Source: Methanocorpusculum sp.
GTDB taxonomy: Archaea > Halobacteriota > Methanomicrobia > Methanomicrobiales > Methanocorpusculaceae
DNA length: 64,000 bases
Direction: 5' to 3'
NCBI GenBank assembly: GCA_030539655.1
Contig: JAUNXT010000002.1
Span: forward strand, 372 to 64,371
The translations under genes were made by a program, and so were the position numbers. Numbering within the stretch: position 1 is the first letter of the stretch; each line of letters opens with the position of its first letter. Positions 47,951-59,039 of this stretch are shown here, piece by piece. The notes below the pieces were generated by a model that was given only the letters and a program-made list of their open reading frames with translations, was not told where the DNA came from and did not search any database.

Positions 47951-49228
47951 TTAAAAGTTGAAATTTTTCTGAACAATCTTAATAGCACAGTAATCTCCGC
48001 ACATGGTACATGCATCACTGTCTGCAGGCATGCGCGAGTTTCTGATGCAGCGGGCCTTTTCCGGATTCATGGAAACTGCATACTGCCGCTCCCAGTCAAG
48101 GTCACGTCTCGCATGTCCCATCTCAAGGTCTGCCTCACGTGTCTTCGGAAGCTTTACCATATCACCTACGTGCGCCGCGATACGGGAGCTCATAACACCC
48201 TCATAGACCTCCTCGGGTGTCGGAAGTGCCAGGTGTTCTGCAGGGGTTACATAGCAGATAAAGTCTGCCCCTGCAGCAGATGATACAGATGCCCCGATAG
48301 CTGCCACACGGTCATCATATCCGGGAGCAATATCAGTTACAAGCGGACCTAACATGTAAAACGGCTTGTTGTTTGTAACACGCTTTTCCAAAAGGACATT
48401 TGCTTTTATTTCATCAAGCGGAATATGACCAGGGCCTTCCATGATGCACTGGACACCGAAATCATGTGCCTTGTCTGCAAGTTCCGCGTTGATGAGAAGC
48501 TCCTGAATCGCCGCGCGGTCCGTTGCGTCATGGCAGGCACCTGCCCTCATACCGTTTCCAAACGAAAGAGTTACCTCATGTTCCTTTAATATTTCAAGAA
48601 GATAGTCAAACCTGCGGTAGAGAGGGTTTTCCTGCTCATTGTGGAGCATCCATGCGGTCATAAAAGCTCCGCCGCGGGAGACGAGACCTCCGTGTCTTCC
48701 CTGGTTTTTCAGGCGCTTAACGGTTTCATAGTTGATACCGGTGTGAATCGCCATGAAGTTCGTTCCAAGTTTTGCCTGCTCCTCGGTGATTTTAAAGAGA
48801 TCATCCTCATCCATGAAGACAACCCCTCCCTTTTTACGGGCGGCTTCAATGAATGCCTGATACAGCGGAACCGAACCAACTGATAAATGAGACTGTTCGC
48901 AGACCCTGCGTCTGATATCAAGGAAGTCTCCTCCGGTCGAAAGCTCCATGAGGGAATCCGCACCGGCAAGCTCTGCCTGACGTGCTTTTTCGAGTTCCTG
49001 TTCCACATCAACGATATCGGAGGAAGTTCCGATTGATGCATTGACTTTGGTCCGGAGACCCGAGCCGATTCCGCAGAGTTTTACACTGCGGTAGGGCGTC
49101 ATCGGAATTACAATGTGCCCCCCGGCAATTCCGCGGCGGATGAAATCCTCAGTAACACCTTCTGCCTTTGCGACGACTTTCATTTCCTCGGTGATTAAGC
49201 CGCGCTTTGCATCTTCAACAATAGTCAT
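47951..49228 (-). CDS. thiC: Phosphomethylpyrimidine synthase (ThiC family)
   Basis: [25 protein letters not shown]-terminal CTMCGDYC. Confidence 0.9.
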   Translation of the reverse strand: MTIVEDAKRGLITEEMKVVAKAEGVTEDFIRRGIAGGHIVIPMTPYRSVKLCGIGSGLRTKVNASIGTSSDIVDVEQELEKARQAELAGADSLMELSTGGDFLDIRRRVCEQSHLSVGSVPLYQAFIEAARKKGGVVFMDEDDLFKITEEQAKLGTNFMAIHTGINYETVKRLKNQGRHGGLVSRGGAFMTAWMLHNEQENPLYRRFDYLLEILKEHEVTLSFGNGMRAGACHDATDRAAIQELLINAELADKAHDFGVQCIMEGPGHIPLDEIKANVLLEKRVTNNKPFYMLGPLVTDIAPGYDDRVAAIGASVSSAAGADFICYVTPAEHLALPTPEEVYEGVMSSRIAAHVGDMVKLPKTREADLEMGHARRDLDWERQYAVSMNPEKARCIRNSRMPADSDACTMCGDYCAIKIVQKNFNF

Positions 49229-49550
49229 ACTGAATTATTTGGAGTAATGAGTATTAATTATTACCAATTTGTTAAAAAAATGGAAAAATTACTAAAATAA
49301 CATTTTGTATCTGGATTTTTAGGTCAAATGGTGTTTGCTTCAGTAAAATGCATTTTTTGAGATGGAGCAACAAAAAATTAGATGTAAATAAAGTTAAAAA
49401 TATTACTATAAATATAACATTACAAAATCTTTCAAAAATGCCTCGTCATCGGAATACAGACGCGCACCCCGGAACATGTAAATTCCTTCCCGGCATTCAC
49501 CTTCATGAAGACAACCATTAATCTCTTGAACACCAAATAATTATACAATT

Positions 49551-50402
49551 ATGACTACAGTTGCAGCGTTCGGTATGGGCAGAATTGGAGGAGAAGCCGC
49601 ATACCTTTCCGCGGTTTCCGGATTCGCCGATGAACTCGTTCTCTATGATATCAATACAGAACTGCTCCGTGCACAAAAGCTCGATATACTCCATGCAAAA
49701 GAGATTCCGGTATCAACCAGGCCATCTGACATAAAAGATGCCGACTACTGCATATTTTCCGCAGGATACTCACGTTCACCAAACGTAAAAACCCGCGCGG
49801 ACCTCTTTGACAAAAACCTTCCGATTGCAAAGGAAGCGGCAGGCATCATGAAAGGATTTTCAGGAAAACTTATCGTCTTAACCAACCCGATGGATGTTTT
49901 TACCTGGTACTTTGCAAAACATGCCGGCTTTGACGAGTCACAGGTTGTAGGATTCGGCGGACTTCTGGACTCACGAAGATTCACCCTTGCGCTGCACAGC
50001 ATGGGAATTAATGAAACAGGAATCGTCATAGGAGAGCACGGAGAAAATCAGGTCCCGCTCTTCTCAGGTCTCTCCGTTGACGTGCCCGAATCCGTACGTG
50101 AAGAGGTGCTCCTTGGTCTTCGCGGCTCATCTATGCCCGTCATCAAAGGAAAAGGAGGGACGGTTTTTGGTCCTGCATACCATATCGCACACATGCTTGA
50201 AGATATTGAAAACGGAAATGAAATTGTCTGTTCCCTTCCGATGAACGGAGCATACGGAATCGACGGCTGTGCGCTCGGCATCCCCGCGAAAGTAACGAAA
50301 GACGGCGCAAAAATAAATGAATCCCTTAAACTTGATGAGTGGGAGTCAGCAAAACTCAGGTCCGCGGCAGAGTTTCTTACCGGACTCTGCCGGAGAGTCT
50401 AA
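49551..50402 (+). CDS. mdh: Malate/lactate dehydrogenase family
   Basis: GMGRIG, SAG.SR, TNPMD, LDSRR, GEHG. Confidence 0.8.
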   Translation: MTTVAAFGMGRIGGEAAYLSAVSGFADELVLYDINTELLRAQKLDILHAKEIPVSTRPSDIKDADYCIFSAGYSRSPNVKTRADLFDKNLPIAKEAAGIMKGFSGKLIVLTNPMDVFTWYFAKHAGFDESQVVGFGGLLDSRRFTLALHSMGINETGIVIGEHGENQVPLFSGLSVDVPESVREEVLLGLRGSSMPVIKGKGGTVFGPAYHIAHMLEDIENGNEIVCSLPMNGAYGIDGCALGIPAKVTKDGAKINESLKLDEWESAKLRSAAEFLTGLCRRV

Positions 50403-52793
50403 ATGGAAATCAGCGTAAATCAGGCAGAGTACTCAAACACTCCTGCAGGGCCTGTTATCCATATCTTCGGAAGAGAAACAGACGGCACCCTTCATGAAGT
50501 GCTGATTACAGACTTTAAGCCGTATTTCTGGGTACGTGAATCCGAGGCAAAACGCGAGCATCCCGACTGTATTACTGTCTCGGATGAACAGGCGGTATCC
50601 ATTAAAGGGGAACGGGTGCGAAAACTCTACACGGATAAGCCTACAGACGTCCGCGCGGTTCGTGAAAACTACCATCACTTTGAAGCAGACATTCCCTTTG
50701 CCTCGCGTTTTTTAATTGACATGGGAATTACCGGAGGGATTTCATTTCCATCCGATCTCTGCAGCTGTACCGAGGTAGTACCGGCACATGTCCCCTCAAA
50801 GAGCAGGGTGTGTACCTGTGATATCGAATGTGAAATGAAAAACGGCTCCTCTCCAGATGGAAACCGGATTACCGCCATCACCTGTCATGATTCATTCGAC
50901 GACAGATACACCACATTCCTCCTCAATGGGACGGTCCCGCTTCCGGAAAACCGCACTCCGCTTCCAAACGGATGCTTTGACCAGGGAGTTCACACCATAA
51001 CCGTCTGCGGCACGGAACGTGACCTGTTAAACGCATTTATCGCATATCTGAAAGATACCGACCCGGATATTCTTACCGGATGGAACTTCGTCGATTTCGA
51101 TGCACCATACATCCTGAACCGGGCAAAACACCATAAAATCCCAACCGACGCCTTTGCACGGATTCCGGGACCAACTGAGCGGAATGCGATGCGCGGGAGA
51201 GTCATCTTCGACCTGCTTGCTGCGTACAAAAAGATGCAGGGGTCACAGAAAGAATCGTTCCGCCTTGATGCGGTAGCGCAGGATGAACTCGGAGAGCATA
51301 AACTTCCCCATGAAGAGTCATTTGATGACCTCTGGAAGTATCACCCGCTCCGGTTTGTCGAGTACAACTTTAAGGATGTGGAGCTCTGTGTTAAAATCAA
51401 CAGGAAGATCAGCATCGTCGACTTTTTCCAGGAGGTTTCCCGGTATGTGGGCTGTCCGCTTGACAAAACACTGAACTCCTCGAATGTCGTGGATACATTT
51501 GTCCTCAGAAAAGCCCACGGACGCTATGTTCTTCCCTCAAAAGGGATGGAGACAAAAGCACAGGAGTTTGAAGGGGCAACGGTTTTTTCCCCCTCCAAAG
51601 GAGTCTGTGAAAATGTCATTGTGCTCGACTTAAAGTCCCTCTATCCGATGGCGATGATGACCTTAAACGCCTCCCAGGAAACAAAGTCGCCTGCAGGGGA
51701 AATCCATGCACCAAACGGCGTCAGATTTAATAAATCCCCCGACGGTCTTACAAGAATCATCATCGGAGAACTCTTAAACGAACGTGACAGCAAAAAGAAA
51801 CTGAGAAACACCTTCCCCTATGGTTCGGAGGAGTACGAGCTCTATGATATGCAGCAGAACGTTATCAAGGTCATTATGAACTCCTACTACGGAGTGTCAG
51901 GTTTTTCCCGGTTCCGGCTCTATGATGTGGAGATTGGTTCCGCCGTGACCTCTGTCGGACGCGCCATCATTGCCCATACGAAAAAGATTATCACAAGCCA
52001 CGGCTATGAGGTCATTTACGGAGATACGGATTCCTGTTTCGTTCAGCTTCCGCCGGTTTCCCGTGAAGAGACAATGGAAATTGCCCGTTCCCTTGAAAAG
52101 GAGTTAAACGAAAGTTACAACGGATTTTCAAAGGAAACACTCGGGGCAAATACAAACTACTTCTCAATTAAGTTTGAAAAGATTTACCGCCGCTTTTTCC
52201 AGGGAGGAATCAAAAAACGCTATGCGGGACACCTCGTCTGGAAAGAGGGACAGGATGTTGATAAAATCGACATCGCAGGCTTAGAATCAAAACGGTCTGA
52301 CTCCTCGCAGATGACACGGGAAGCGCTTTCCACAATTCTTGAAATGATTTTAAAGGGCGGCGGAAAGCCCGCAGTAAAAGAGTATCTCTCAGGTGTGCTG
52401 ACCGATTTCCGTGCGGGCCGCTGTCCTCTGGAAAAAGCAGGAATCCCCGGCGGATTAAACAAGGCGCTGAATGACTATGATCATCTAGATGCTCATGGAA
52501 GGGGTGCGCGTTATGCAAATGAATATTTCCACACAGATATCACCCGCGGATGTAAACCAAAGCGGCTGTATATCAAAAACAGCTATGACCTGGAGCATTA
52601 TCCGAAAACAGACGTCATCTGCTTTGAGTATCCCGAACAGATTCCGGAAGGAGTGTTTGAAATCGACTGGGAAACTATGTGCGAAAAAACGCTGAAGACA
52701 CCGATTACCCGCATCTTTGAGGCCATCGGGTGGGACTGGGATGAGATGGACCCGAAGGGAGTAAAAAAGACCACATTAGATATGTTTTTTTAA
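50403..52793 (+). CDS. polB: Family B DNA polymerase
   Basis: Exonuclease DIE, GWN..FD, YN.KD; polymerase DLKSLYP, K...NSYYG, YGDTDS; PIP-like TTLDMFF tail. Confidence 0.96.
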   Translation: MEISVNQAEYSNTPAGPVIHIFGRETDGTLHEVLITDFKPYFWVRESEAKREHPDCITVSDEQAVSIKGERVRKLYTDKPTDVRAVRENYHHFEADIPFASRFLIDMGITGGISFPSDLCSCTEVVPAHVPSKSRVCTCDIECEMKNGSSPDGNRITAITCHDSFDDRYTTFLLNGTVPLPENRTPLPNGCFDQGVHTITVCGTERDLLNAFIAYLKDTDPDILTGWNFVDFDAPYILNRAKHHKIPTDAFARIPGPTERNAMRGRVIFDLLAAYKKMQGSQKESFRLDAVAQDELGEHKLPHEESFDDLWKYHPLRFVEYNFKDVELCVKINRKISIVDFFQEVSRYVGCPLDKTLNSSNVVDTFVLRKAHGRYVLPSKGMETKAQEFEGATVFSPSKGVCENVIVLDLKSLYPMAMMTLNASQETKSPAGEIHAPNGVRFNKSPDGLTRIIIGELLNERDSKKKLRNTFPYGSEEYELYDMQQNVIKVIMNSYYGVSGFSRFRLYDVEIGSAVTSVGRAIIAHTKKIITSHGYEVIYGDTDSCFVQLPPVSREETMEIARSLEKELNESYNGFSKETLGANTNYFSIKFEKIYRRFFQGGIKKRYAGHLVWKEGQDVDKIDIAGLESKRSDSSQMTREALSTILEMILKGGGKPAVKEYLSGVLTDFRAGRCPLEKAGIPGGLNKALNDYDHLDAHGRGARYANEYFHTDITRGCKPKRLYIKNSYDLEHYPKTDVICFEYPEQIPEGVFEIDWETMCEKTLKTPITRIFEAIGWDWDEMDPKGVKKTTLDMFF

Positions 52794-52936
52794 AAGAGAC
52801 AGCACATCTCTTTTTCTCACTCATTTTCCCTTTATTATGATAACGTTTAGGATATTTTTGCCGGGATACAGATGTGTATATTACCCAACAGACAATTAAT
52901 ACTGTGCATAATACACAATGCAAACCAGGTGATATC

Positions 52937-53449
52937 ATGTTAGACAAAAAAGTAACCGAGCTCTTAAACCAGCAGATTAACAAGGAGTTCTACTCCGCAT
53001 ACTTCTACCTCGACATCGCAAATTATTACGAAAGCATGAACCTTGACGGTTTTGCAAACTGGTTCAAAATCCAGGCTCAGGAGGAGCGGGACCATGCGAT
53101 GCTGATGTATCAGTATCTCCACAACAACAATGCAAAAGTCACCCTGGATGCAGTCAGCAAACCGGAGAAGGTGTTTTCGGACAAAGTATCCCCGCTCAAG
53201 GCAACACTGGAGCACGAAATTTTTGTAACCTCTCTCATCAACAGCATCTACTCTGCAGCATTCGAGAAAAAGGACTTCAGGACCATGCAGTTTCTTGACT
53301 GGTTCGTAAAAGAACAGGGAGAAGAGGAGAAAAGTGCAATGGACTTAATTGCAAAGATGAGGGTCCTTGGAGACGGTGCAAATAGCCTGTACCAGTTAAA
53401 CTCGGAGCTTGGAGCACGCACATATAACCCCCCGTCACTCGCATTATAA
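52937..53449 (+). CDS. Ferritin
   Basis: QINKEFYSAY.Y, EERDHA, LEHE, FLDWFVKEQGEEE; AGGTGA RBS. Confidence 0.93.
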   Translation: MLDKKVTELLNQQINKEFYSAYFYLDIANYYESMNLDGFANWFKIQAQEERDHAMLMYQYLHNNNAKVTLDAVSKPEKVFSDKVSPLKATLEHEIFVTSLINSIYSAAFEKKDFRTMQFLDWFVKEQGEEEKSAMDLIAKMRVLGDGANSLYQLNSELGARTYNPPSLAL

Positions 53450-53458
53450 TCAAAAACG

Positions 53459-53487
53459 CTGCAGAGAAATCTGCAGTTTCTTCTTTT
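53459..53487 (+). terminator. Ferritin terminator
   Basis: CTGCAGA-GAAA-TCTGCAG followed by TTTCTTCTTTT. Confidence 0.6.
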
Positions 53488-53609
53488 AACAGCCAACAGA
53501 TATACGGGCAGTTTCTGCACCGGATTGATACGGGGTTTCATACAGTTAATGGATTAAAGAAAAACAGGCAGAACCAGCCCGCAAAAAAAGGGGTTGAGGT
53601 TCAAAACGC

Positions 53610-55055
53610 TTATTCTTTGTTGAAGAATCCGCGCATGAACGGGTACATCTCCATCATCTGCTCGTTTGCAATCTGTTCATACAGACGGTAGAGGATAGAT
53701 ACGGTAAGCAGAAGTCCGGTACCTCCGACAAATCCGATAATACCAAGCATGTTGGCAAGGACCGAGAGAACACCGATGAACACTCCGCCGATGACGGTTA
53801 CTCTTGGAATGTAACGGTCGAGGTAGCGTTCCAGAACCGCGGGGCTTCTCCGGTACCCCGGAATCTGCATGCCTGAGTTCTGAATCTGACGTGCAACATG
53901 TTTCGAATCAAGACCTGCAGTCTTAACCCAGAATATTGCGAAGAGCGCACCACCGAGCACCATCACAATGACATCAATGACAATTCTGATGATAACTTCC
54001 CATGGTGCATGACCTGCACCGGTGAAGGTCGGCAACCACCACATCCAGTCCTGCGGCTGATTAATCGGCGCGATATACCACATAAGACCGTTCATCGGTG
54101 TTGAACCGTTGAACTCTCCAAGCACTTTGATACCGCATGATGAAAGAATCATACCAATCATCTGGACGTTTGCCTGCAGGACACGGACTAAGATCATCGG
54201 AAGAACACTTGCGTAAACAAGTTTTACCGGGAATCTGGAACGTGCACCGCGGACATTCGCATGTGCAAGCGGAATTTCAATTCTGGTTGACTCAACATAG
54301 ACAATCAGGAAGAAGAGGCCTACAGTAGTCACCAATGCCAACAGCTGGAGACCAAAGTAATCCATAAAGTTCTGTCCCGACCCGATCACCTGGAAGAGAC
54401 GCGGGAAGAATCCTGACGCAAAACCGTCGGTTGAACCCGATGCCGACCAGTTGAAGAAACCGTTTATCAGTCCTTGAGCCACCCCTGCAACGATGAAGAG
54501 ACCCACACCGGACCCGATACCCCATTTGGAAACCACCTCATCCATGAACATGATAAGGACTCCTCCAAGACATATCTGGAGGAAGATGATGAACATAACA
54601 AGTCCGGAGTTTCCGCCAAAGAGAGCAGTAACACCTGCATCAGGTGTCATCCACCCGGTAAGTACGTTCGGCAGGGCTTCTAAGATAATCATCACAAAGA
54701 TGAGGAGCTTCTGCAAACCCATATAGAGGACCTGACCGCGCTGGTCAGATGTGTTAATCTTAATCAGATCAGCACCGCGGAGTAACTGCAGAACGATTGA
54801 AGCAGTGACAATCGGACCAATACCTAAGTGAACAATAGTACCCTGAGCACCGGCAAGTAACGCACGGTAGTACTCAAAAAGGTCCACAGAGGTATCCGCA
54901 AGTCCGAACATCGGAATATTCGTCAATATGAAATAGACGAGTAGCACGACGGCTGTCCACATCAGTTTGTTCTTGAAGTGGACGTGGCCTTCCGGCGGCT
55001 TAACTGCTGGCATTCTTGACAGCAGAGGTTCCATCCGATCTAACACTTTTCCCAT
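53610..55055 (-). CDS. secY: Preprotein translocase SecY
   Basis: LGIGPIVTASI, WGIGSG, IPGYRR, GTGLLLTV; multiple TM segments. Confidence 0.97.
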   Translation of the reverse strand: MGKVLDRMEPLLSRMPAVKPPEGHVHFKNKLMWTAVVLLVYFILTNIPMFGLADTSVDLFEYYRALLAGAQGTIVHLGIGPIVTASIVLQLLRGADLIKINTSDQRGQVLYMGLQKLLIFVMIILEALPNVLTGWMTPDAGVTALFGGNSGLVMFIIFLQICLGGVLIMFMDEVVSKWGIGSGVGLFIVAGVAQGLINGFFNWSASGSTDGFASGFFPRLFQVIGSGQNFMDYFGLQLLALVTTVGLFFLIVYVESTRIEIPLAHANVRGARSRFPVKLVYASVLPMILVRVLQANVQMIGMILSSCGIKVLGEFNGSTPMNGLMWYIAPINQPQDWMWWLPTFTGAGHAPWEVIIRIVIDVIVMVLGGALFAIFWVKTAGLDSKHVARQIQNSGMQIPGYRRSPAVLERYLDRYIPRVTVIGGVFIGVLSVLANMLGIIGFVGGTGLLLTVSILYRLYEQIANEQMMEMYPFMRGFFNKE

Positions 55056-55071
55056 GAGTTGTACCTAAAAT

Positions 55072-55497
55072 TTATTCTAAGGAGAGAGCCTGTCCGCCCT
55101 TCTCCTCGATTTTTGCGACTGCGCTGGCAGAAAATGCCTCAGCGGTGATGGCAATCTTGTGAGTTACCTGACCGCCGCCTAAGACTTTTTCAACCCCGAT
55201 GCTTGCAGCATCAATCTTTACGGTGTCCCCTTCCTGGGAGGCAATACCTCTGGCAATCAGTTCGGGTACAAGCTGGTCAATATCTCCGATGTCCATGACA
55301 TCCCAGGAGTATGACGTCTTGCAGACGAATCCGTGTTTACCTTCGGTTCTTCCGAGGAAGTAGAAACGGGTAAAGTTGTGGTCACGCCATCCGGCTGCTC
55401 CGCGGCCTCCGCGGTTTCCGGAACCACGGCGGTTTTTGTGGGTTCCTCCACCGCAAGTGCGGGAACCCCGGAACTTTGAACGCTTATTTACTGGCAT
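55072..55497 (-). CDS. rpl15: 50S ribosomal protein uL15
   Basis: RGSRTCGGG, GNRGGRG, KVLGGG, FSASA..KIE. Confidence 0.95.
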   Translation of the reverse strand: MPVNKRSKFRGSRTCGGGTHKNRRGSGNRGGRGAAGWRDHNFTRFYFLGRTEGKHGFVCKTSYSWDVMDIGDIDQLVPELIARGIASQEGDTVKIDAASIGVEKVLGGGQVTHKIAITAEAFSASAVAKIEEKGGQALSLE

Positions 55498-55502
55498 GTT
55501 AA

Positions 55503-55964
55503 TTACCTCATCTTGATTAAGAGACTGTTAATCTCCGGGCCATAGTAACCAAGAGCTCCGCCCTGGTTAAATGTACGCTTTGTACTCTTATAACCTTTTC
55601 TTGGCGGGTGCATACGAAGGACCGGCTTTAACTCCGGCACATCCTTCATACGAATCTCACCGGAAACGATTGCTGCTGCGAGTTCTGCGATAGATGCATA
55701 CTTAGTGACAGACTTCACATACTCGTCGGTAAGCGGCTTGTTTGCAGTGAGTCTTCCGCGGGTTTCAAGAATTGTCGCAAGGGTTTCTGCGTCAATTTCA
55801 CCAAATGCAACATAGTCCTTAACCTTTCTGACCATTCCGAGGTATTCGGGGGTTTCGGGGACTAAGACACAGTGGTTGATGTGGTGAAGACGGAGCATCT
55901 TTAAGGTTTCCTTGATTTCACGGCGGGTATTTACAATACCTCTGACCTGAACTAACGCGTACAT
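55503..55964 (-). CDS. rpl30: 50S ribosomal protein uL30
   Basis: TLKMLRL, LRMHPPRKG, GALG. Confidence 0.95.
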   Translation of the reverse strand: MYALVQVRGIVNTRREIKETLKMLRLHHINHCVLVPETPEYLGMVRKVKDYVAFGEIDAETLATILETRGRLTANKPLTDEYVKSVTKYASIAELAAAIVSGEIRMKDVPELKPVLRMHPPRKGYKSTKRTFNQGGALGYYGPEINSLLIKMR

Positions 55965-56584
55965 TACTGCTTCCCTCCTATGCGAATAAGGTTTGTTTCA
56001 CGAAGCGCGTTGAAGGTTGCCTTTGCGAAGTTAAGAGTGGTTCTGGTCTGACCGCTGGTGGTGACCCACACATCCTGGATTCCTGCAAGAGCAAGAACCT
56101 TCTTGCCGACATCTCCGGTTACAAGACCGATTCCCTTCGGAGCCGGCTTTAATGTAACCGTGACAGAACCTGCTTTTCCGGAGACCTGCCATGGAACAGA
56201 GTGCTTCTGTCCGCAGCCGCATTCCCAGGAACCGCATCCTCTCTTGACTTTGACAATGGAGAGTTTTGCGGCGGTAATTGCCTTCTTAATCGCAGTTCCG
56301 ACCTGAACATCCCTGCCCTGGCCAAAACCGATGTATCCGTTCTTGTTGCCGATTACAACGACAGCTCTGAACTTAATACGGCGTCCGGAGTCAGTCATAC
56401 GCTGCATCATATCAATGCAGAGAACTTCATCAGCAAGATCGGGGAGCATTGCATCAACAATGCCTTCCTCCTTGATTGGGTATCCGGAGGCAAGAACTTC
56501 ATCGAAGTTTGCAAACTCTCCGGCTAAGACCTTCTTTCCAAGACCGGTTACCGGAACCCATGCTTCCTCTTGTTCGTAAGCCAT
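55964..56584 (-). CDS. rps5: 30S ribosomal protein uS5
   Basis: [25 protein letters not shown]. Confidence 0.96.
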   Translation of the reverse strand: MAYEQEEAWVPVTGLGKKVLAGEFANFDEVLASGYPIKEEGIVDAMLPDLADEVLCIDMMQRMTDSGRRIKFRAVVVIGNKNGYIGFGQGRDVQVGTAIKKAITAAKLSIVKVKRGCGSWECGCGQKHSVPWQVSGKAGSVTVTLKPAPKGIGLVTGDVGKKVLALAGIQDVWVTTSGQTRTTLNFAKATFNALRETNLIRIGGKQ

Positions 56585-56585
56585 A

Positions 56586-57110
56586 TTACTTCAGCTCCTT
56601 CATGATTGCTGCTTTAACAGCCTCAACATTTGCTGCTAAATCCTTGCTGTTCTCGTCGTATTCGGCAATGGTCTTGCCGCTGCAGCGGTCATCGTCCGGG
56701 AGAATCTCTTCTCCGACAGGAACGTTGAATCCTGCTTCAACTGCTCCTTTAACTGCTGCAAACACGCGTGCTCCTGCAGAGGCAACCTGCAGACCAATAT
56801 CTGCAATAGCCTCATCGTATCCCGCATTCTTTGCACGGACTGCAAAGAGCAGACCGGAGAGGTATGCGGCAGGGGTGTTTCCAAGGTATCCCTTGTATCC
56901 ATAGTTTACCAGGTCTTTACTGTTGACCTGAACTAAGGTGTAATCGCCTTCCATCGCTGCAGCAACAAGCTGAATGATGATGTGGCGGTTGGTCTTTCTG
57001 ATGACCATACGGTTTTTGCCGGAGACAATTAAACGCTGGCGCTGGTAGTAGTCAGTTTTGCCTTCCCGGCGTCTTCTGAACTGAACGAAATATCTTCCAT
57101 TAACTGCCAT
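56586..57110 (-). CDS. rpl18: 50S ribosomal protein uL18
   Basis: [17 protein letters not shown]. Confidence 0.96.
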   Translation of the reverse strand: MAVNGRYFVQFRRRREGKTDYYQRQRLIVSGKNRMVIRKTNRHIIIQLVAAAMEGDYTLVQVNSKDLVNYGYKGYLGNTPAAYLSGLLFAVRAKNAGYDEAIADIGLQVASAGARVFAAVKGAVEAGFNVPVGEEILPDDDRCSGKTIAEYDENSKDLAANVEAVKAAIMKELK

Positions 57111-57112
57111 GT

Positions 57113-57565
57113 TTAGTTCCTCCGTGAGGTGACAAGCTCAATCTGAGTCTTTAAGTGAGCAACGTTACGGAACTGACCGCCTGCTGCTCTTCTGTAAAGT
57201 CTGCGGTACTCAGTAGGTGTGATAGCTCCTGCATCACGCTGGGTGCGAAGTTCGCGGCGCTGTGCACGAATCTTTTTAACCCACTGTTCCTTTGACGGTG
57301 TGCGTGCTCCTTTTGCTCCGCTTCTCTTACCCTGGCCCTTTCCGTGACCGTAAGAACGCTTTGCAGTCCGTGCACGGACACGTCCGCGGGAAATTCCTTT
57401 CTTCTGGTGAGTAGAGATTGCTCCGGACTCAATCAGACCGCGGATATCCTCACGGGACATTGCACTCTGAACATCAGCGAGTTTTTCGGGGTCAATCCAG
57501 ACACGGTTTTCACCGCAGTCTAAGATTTTTGCTGCGAGTTTGCGCTGTGCAGAAAGATTACTCAT
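57113..57565 (-). CDS. rpl19e: 50S ribosomal protein eL19
   Basis: QRKLAAKIL.CG..RVWIDP, KGISRGR. Confidence 0.96.
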   Translation of the reverse strand: MSNLSAQRKLAAKILDCGENRVWIDPEKLADVQSAMSREDIRGLIESGAISTHQKKGISRGRVRARTAKRSYGHGKGQGKRSGAKGARTPSKEQWVKKIRAQRRELRTQRDAGAITPTEYRRLYRRAAGGQFRNVAHLKTQIELVTSRRN

Positions 57566-58094
57566 CCTTCTTCACCCCCTTTCTTGCCTTCTTTGCCGCT
57601 TTCGGTGCCTCGGCCTTAACCTCTTCGGTCTTTGCCTCTTCAGCGGCTGCTTCTTCAGTCTTCGGTGCTTCGACGGAAGGTGCTGCTGCAGGCGCTGCAA
57701 CCTTTGCTACCTTCGGTTTCTGCACTTTGACGTTTAAGACCTTGATTCCGAGTTCTGCTGCCTTTGCCTGAATAGCAGTGCGCTTTGCAAAACCAACAGA
57801 AGCTCCGATACGGACTGCTGTTGTTGCGGGATCAATGTTCTCAAGTTCTGCAACGGTGAATACTCTCTCTTCGCGGTATCCGCTTGGGTGGAACCCGCGG
57901 ACAGCCTTCGGGGAACCGAATCCTGCCTCCGGGTGTTCGCCTTTTGCCAGGTAATCCTTTCTCTGCTTGGAGTGAAGTCCCATCGGTGCTCTCCAGGAGT
58001 CCTTTAAGGTGACCTTGGTATGCAGGCACTGACGGTTAAATGTTGCCTTCTTTGCCGCTCTGGCTCTCAGAAGCCTCTTAATTTCAGATGCCAT
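57558..58094 (-). CDS. rpl32e: 50S ribosomal protein eL32 with Ala/Glu/Lys-rich tail
   Basis: WRAPMGLHSKQR, GFGSPKAVRGFHPSG; start trimmed to MASEI. Confidence 0.93.
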   Translation of the reverse strand: MASEIKRLLRARAAKKATFNRQCLHTKVTLKDSWRAPMGLHSKQRKDYLAKGEHPEAGFGSPKAVRGFHPSGYREERVFTVAELENIDPATTAVRIGASVGFAKRTAIQAKAAELGIKVLNVKVQKPKVAKVAAPAAAPSVEAPKTEEAAAEEAKTEEVKAEAPKAAKKARKGVKKDE

Positions 58095-58095
58095 G

Positions 58096-58620
58096 TTAGT
58101 TACCTCTGCTGGTAATGTAAATACCATCCTGGAATACACGCGGGTCTCTGTTTCTGACCTTGCATGCCTGTTCAATGTTTGCTGCAGTATTTCCGACATT
58201 CTCACGGCTGATTCCGGTTAAGATAACCTCATCGCCCTGGATTTTAACTTTGACGCCGTCGGAAATAAGTGCATAACGTGCCTGTTTTTCGCCGAGGAAG
58301 TTTGCGATTTCAACTCTGTTTCCAGCAACCTTTGCCTGAATCGGGAAGTGGTTGAAGACAATCTTCATGTGGTACTCGTATCCTTCGGTAACACCCTTGC
58401 TCATAACGTGCAGGAGTGCCTTGTAGGTTCCGACTAATGCGAGAACACTGCGTCTGGTAGACTCGGTTGCGATGGTGACCTCACCGTTTTCCACTGTGAA
58501 GATAATCATCGGGTGGTACATTCTGCGGACAAGTTCGCCCTTGGAACCCTTGACAATGAAGTTGTCACCGTCGCGGGTGATTGTCACTCCTGCCGGAATG
58601 GTAAATGTTTCATGATGCAT
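58096..58620 (-). CDS. rpl6: 50S ribosomal protein uL6
   Basis: HFPI, NFLGEK, DPRVFQDGIY. Confidence 0.96.
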   Translation of the reverse strand: MHHETFTIPAGVTITRDGDNFIVKGSKGELVRRMYHPMIIFTVENGEVTIATESTRRSVLALVGTYKALLHVMSKGVTEGYEYHMKIVFNHFPIQAKVAGNRVEIANFLGEKQARYALISDGVKVKIQGDEVILTGISRENVGNTAANIEQACKVRNRDPRVFQDGIYITSRGN

Positions 58621-58632
58621 TTTTCCAACTCC

Positions 58633-59025
58633 TTAGAAGATATAGGCTAAGAGTTCTCCGCCAATGCCGAGCTTACGAGCCTGTTCGTGGGACATAACAC
58701 CCTTGGAGGTTGTCAGAATGATAATTCCGAATCCCTTGCCCGGAAGGTATCTTGTTTCCCAGGACTCGAGGTCCTCGACTTTCACTGAGAAACGCGGGGT
58801 AATTACACCGCATTTGTTGATTGCACCGGATAAGACAATATCGTACTGACCGCCTCTTCCGTCTTCAATCTTGGTGAACTCAGTGATGTATTCATATTCC
58901 TGCATAACTTTAAGCATATCTCCAAAGAGACGGCTTGCCGGCTCAACGGTCACTTTAAGCTTACCAGAGTCTCCGGCATTCTTAATGGCGCTCATTGCGT
59001 CTGCGATTGGATTCTGTTGTGTCAT
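58633..59025 (-). CDS. rps8: 30S ribosomal protein uS8
   Basis: INKCGVITPR, TSKGVMSH, GGELLAY. Confidence 0.96.
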   Translation of the reverse strand: MTQQNPIADAMSAIKNAGDSGKLKVTVEPASRLFGDMLKVMQEYEYITEFTKIEDGRGGQYDIVLSGAINKCGVITPRFSVKVEDLESWETRYLPGKGFGIIILTTSKGVMSHEQARKLGIGGELLAYIF

Positions 59026-59039
59026 TTTCCATCGTCTCC

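Noticed and set aside
50403-52793. Intein in PolB or an inactivated polymerase
   Set aside because: 796 aa is normal length, and all exonuclease and polymerase motifs are intact and contiguous.
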